Notes under the pieces: generated by a model
What the model was told of the DNA's origin: nothing
What the model saw: only the letters and a program-made list of their open reading frames with translations
Databases searched by the model: none
NCBI GenBank assembly: GCA_039621445.1
Contig: CP154954.1
Span: forward strand, 33,581,455-33,645,454
Direction: 5' to 3'
Length of the DNA: 64,000 nt
DNA from: Euglena gracilis
Taxonomy: Eukaryota
In this document: positions 60,421 to 64,000 of the stretch, piece by piece
How positions within the stretch are numbered: the first letter of the stretch is position 1
Layout of the letters: each line of letters starts with the position of its first letter
Made by a program: the position numbers and the translations under genes

Positions 60421-63140
60421 ATCTGCCTTTCTGGTCGGTACCCGGAAAATTTTCGGGTCCCCCACCCCCCACTCCAACTTTCCGCTCGGAATGTTGTGCA
60501 AAGTAGGAAAGGGTTCATGGGAAAGCTGGCAAGAAAACGTATTTTCACCAGACCCTTCACTTTGCTTACCCCCCATGGAACTTTTGGTCCAAGCGGAAAT
60601 CAAAATCCAAAATTTTTGTACAAAAGTCAAAATTCTCATTGACACTGGTTGTCGCATTGCACTACTTTTTCGGTTCGGGTTGATACCAACCCCCCTCTTG
60701 GTGAAAGACAAGAAGCCGATCAAAATTACGACGGCTGACAACACCCCCATGTGCGGTGGTGACTTGGGATGCTTTTTGGACATTGTCCTACGCCTCGTCC
60801 CCAAGCACCACTCACACACCCCCCAACCGCAAAATTTTCCGGATACCTGGGGATATGAATCCGGAATCCATGGTTCTGACGTAATTCTGGGATACCCCTT
60901 TTGACGTCAGCACCGGCTGGTAGTGGATTGCCACTCCCACGGTTTGCGCACATCACCATTCTCCTCATTGCCCCCCAAACCCTCATCACCTGTGGCGTCA
61001 ACCGCGATAGCCACCAATTTTTCCACACCGTTTTCGAAAACTTTTACCCCGTTACCAACCACACCAACCAACGTTTTCCACACCGGGTGTACCGAGAAAG
61101 TTCACCCCCTGCCCGTTGACACACCAACTTCCGTTCCCCGTGAGGCAGGGCAAGCAAGTAGCGGTACCCCCCTCGTTCCACTGGGTTACAAGACGAAAGC
61201 CCAAAGGCCTGAAGTAATTACGGTGTCGAGTAGTCGCCCAGCTGCACTAATACCCCGTTTTCCACCAGATGTATCGCTTTCAGATACATCTGTACACCCC
61301 CCAGCAGCTACAACAGCGCATCCCAACTTTTACACACACCCCCACCAGACCAACATGCGCGACCAGGACCACTACTCCGACACTTCCTTCCAATGTGTGC
61401 ACTGTAGGAGAATTTCCGCCCAGCCAGATTTCGATTGTGGATGTTTAGTCCAAACACCAACACTAATCCCGATTTCGCGGACCCATACACTTGGTTGCGG
61501 ATCGCAATGCGCGACTGTACATCAAGTGCTCCAACAACGAGGTATTGCCTTGTTGTTTGGGACCGCGAAATCCGTGTCACACACCTCCCCCACCTCCATC
61601 TGGCATGATATGGACTGGGTATGTACCCATCCAACCCATCAACCCTTGGGAATGCCCCTTGGGAGTGTGGATGACACACCCTTGACCTATGTTTGCGGAT
61701 CCTTGAATTGCGTTACCGCTCTTCAACCCGCGAATCAGGTCGACACATACGGGATGCGTGTATGGAATGCATTTAATTTTGGTCAATACCGTATTTTGGA
61801 GCAATGGTTCTCCAAAATCGCGGTTTTGGCTGATTCCTTCGATTTGTCATTGGAAATTGATGCGTTTTCATCAAAAGCGCATGCGCGCTTGTCGCGATAT
61901 TGGTCGCGACATACCAACGCGTTTCTAAAATTTTGGGGTGATACGGTGCTATGGATGCACCCTCCCCCAAAACTTATCCCGGATGTGGTGGAGAAAATCC
62001 TCCGCGATGAAGCGCGCGGAGCTCTCCTCATACCCGTCAATCCGAATGCGGATTGGTTTCACCAACTATCCCATGTGTGTTTTCATTGGTGGGATTTACC
62101 CGCTGATGTACCACTATTTGAGGATTTTTGTGGTATATTATTACCACCTGTTAAATAAATCATTTTTCGCGTTTGTTTCTTTGACGCATTCGGAATATCC
62201 GATTTGCGTGTGCCAAGATACCTTGGTACCAATGGGGATGCCACACCCTCAACGCAGATTTCTGCGGTCATTGAGAGTGCGGACCAACACCCCAAGTCTG
62301 CTGACTATTGTTCGCGAATTACTCGCGAATTTCATGGTGTACTGGATAATCCAGTTTACGCCTGCGACATCGACCCCGCGATTCGCGGTCCGTTCGGTGT
62401 ATGCAAAATCGAGCTCAAGGATGGCGCTAAACCCATGCACCGGAAATTTTTCCGTTGTTCGGGTGAACGCGAACAGGCTCTCAACGAGATGATTGAGAAG
62501 CTCATCCAGCGGAAGTGGATTATCCCTTCCAAGAGCGAGTGGACATCACAAGCTTTTGTGGTGCCCAAACCCGCTGACCAGTCTGGTCAGAAGAAGTGGA
62601 GACTAGTGCTGGATTACCGGTACCTGAACTCCCAAACGAAGGATGACCCCTTCCCGTTACCGCTGATCGAGGATTTGATCACAAAACAATCGGATAACTG
62701 GTTGTGGTCAATCTTTGATCTGGAAGACGGTTTCCATCAGATGCATTTGCATCCTGATTCGCAACCGTACACGGCATTCGTGACATCCAAGGGTGTGTAC
62801 CAATGGACGGTACTCCCCATGGGTGTTAAGAATGGCCCAGCCATGTTTCAACGCATGATCCAGTGGGTTTTGCGCGATTTACCGTTTGCTCTGGTGTACA
62901 TCGATGATGTACTGGTGGGAACCCAACCGCCATCCGCGAAATCGGGCGAGGATATCCTCGACCCGCATTATCGCGATGTGCGCGCGGTATTATCCGCGTT
63001 CCAAAAGCATGTGCTTTTTGTGAAGGGTTCCAAAATGCACCTGTTTCGCAAGATTATTAAGTTTTGCGGACACATCCTGAGCAACGGGCAGCGTAAAGCC
63101 GCACCCAGTAAGATGGAGGCCATTAAGAAATGGACTCCTG
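60338..63140 (+). pseudogene. pol: Ty3/Gypsy pol: aspartic protease - spacer - Dam-like methyltransferase - RT; two in-frame stops; RNase H and integrase missing
   Basis: ILIDTG...VILGYPF (protease); WRLVLDYRYLN, FDLEDGFHQ, LPMGVKNGPAMFQ, YIDD (RT). ORFs 60383, 60923 and 62204 share the gag frame. Confidence 0.9.
61780..62200 (+). other. Dam/DIRS-type DNA N6-adenine methyltransferase-like domain
   Basis: IDAFSS..HAR..RYWS..TNAF..FW...LWMHPPPKLIPDVVEKI..DEARGALLIP...ADWF..L. Confidence 0.72.
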
Positions 63141-63167
63141 AGGATCATCCTCTCGGACTTTGAGCAT

Positions 63168-64000
63168 ATGCTCAGGTTCAAGGAGGAGCTGGAGGACGAA
63201 GGCTGGCGAATGCAGCATGATTACCATGTTGCAGGAAACCGCCCCGTCACTCCTCCACAAGCAGTCATCGATGTGGTATTACGCCACACCGAGAACCGAG
63301 TCAGACTATTCCATTACGGAATAGATCTGTACGCCTTCGAAGGTGAAGGTGGCAGACCCTTGCTGGATGCCCAGCCGGGTTTCTGGGAACTCTGGTTTTG
63401 GCTGGGATACCCCTGCCAGAACTGGGGTCTCTTCAGCGATTCCACTGGTCGCAGTTACCTGCACCAGTTGGGTTTTCGGGACCAGCGTTTGTTGGCCCGA
63501 AGGCTGAAGGCAGTCTTCGACTGTATTCATACAGTCGGACCCCTCGGCGTGCAGTGGGAATTCTACCCACTACACCCCGACATCGAACGCCTGATCGAGG
63601 TGTTGTGGTGCAACAACCTTCAGGTATGGCTGGTGAGCCGTTACGGCTCCACCTTCCGCGTTAGGCCTGTTTCCCTGGCTTACCCGCAGAGGTATGACCT
63701 CTGTTGTAAGTACTGCCGGCAGGAATTTCCTGTCGACTTCTGGGGATTCGGCGTGCGCGGAAGTCCTCCACCGCCTCGGGATAACCCGGGCCTGGAGATG
63801 GGACGCCGCATGCTTATGCATGTGTGCCGCGACGCCCCGGATGTCCAGGGCAAAAGTCGCCGCGTCCACAAGCAGCGTATTTTTATGCTGCAGCAGTTCT
63901 GGTGGCGAGCCTGGACCACCTATGTCATGGAGGTGTATATACATCTCCGTGACCCCCAGGACGATAGGCCTGGTATGGAAAGCCTGCCACCGGATTACGG
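63168..64000 (+). CDS. Unknown ORF running off the window end (MLRFKEELEDEGWRMQHDYH...)
   Basis: Manual translation shows no stop from 63141 to 64000; not RNase H- or integrase-like. Confidence 0.45.
   Translation, partial: MLRFKEELEDEGWRMQHDYHVAGNRPVTPPQAVIDVVLRHTENRVRLFHYGIDLYAFEGEGGRPLLDAQPGFWELWFWLGYPCQNWGLFSDSTGRSYLHQLGFRDQRLLARRLKAVFDCIHTVGPLGVQWEFYPLHPDIERLIEVLWCNNLQVWLVSRYGSTFRVRPVSLAYPQRYDLCCKYCRQEFPVDFWGFGVRGSPPPPRDNPGLEMGRRMLMHVCRDAPDVQGKSRRVHKQRIFMLQQFWWRAWTTYVMEVYIHLRDPQDDRPGMESLPPDY

Noticed and set aside
1-64000. Several hundred short overlapping ORFs in the supplied track
   Set aside because: Shadow frames of GC-rich retroelements or satellite sequence with no recognisable motifs.

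Overview
Eukaryotic, entirely transposon-derived window with no host gene. It is probably from a euglenid, inferred from spliced-leader-like 25-mers at 23294 and 24464. Contents: (i) at least six nested, mostly decayed CRE-clade non-LTR retrotransposons (WYLDD-type RT plus CCHC/RH/PD..D..K restriction-like endonuclease). Three different families carry an N-terminal T2A-like ribosome-skipping motif (CGD[I/V]E[S/E]NPGP), and all retained 3' ends finish in the same ~44-nt double hairpin. (ii) A 1023-bp TRIM whose identical 333-bp LTRs contain a tRNA(Val)-like Pol III promoter. (iii) Two arrays of a ~5.15-kb tandem unit encoding a coiled-coil ORF. (iv) A ~18-kb near-identical duplication (about 10.2-28.3 kb and 33.4-51.2 kb) across a 13-N gap, one copy carrying a 229-bp TA-site MITE. 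(v) Two divergently oriented Ty3/Gypsy copies. The + copy has a gag UAG followed by a stem-loop and, in frame between protease and RT, a Dam-like DNA N6-adenine methyltransferase domain. All domain calls come from visual motif recognition; no database searches were run.
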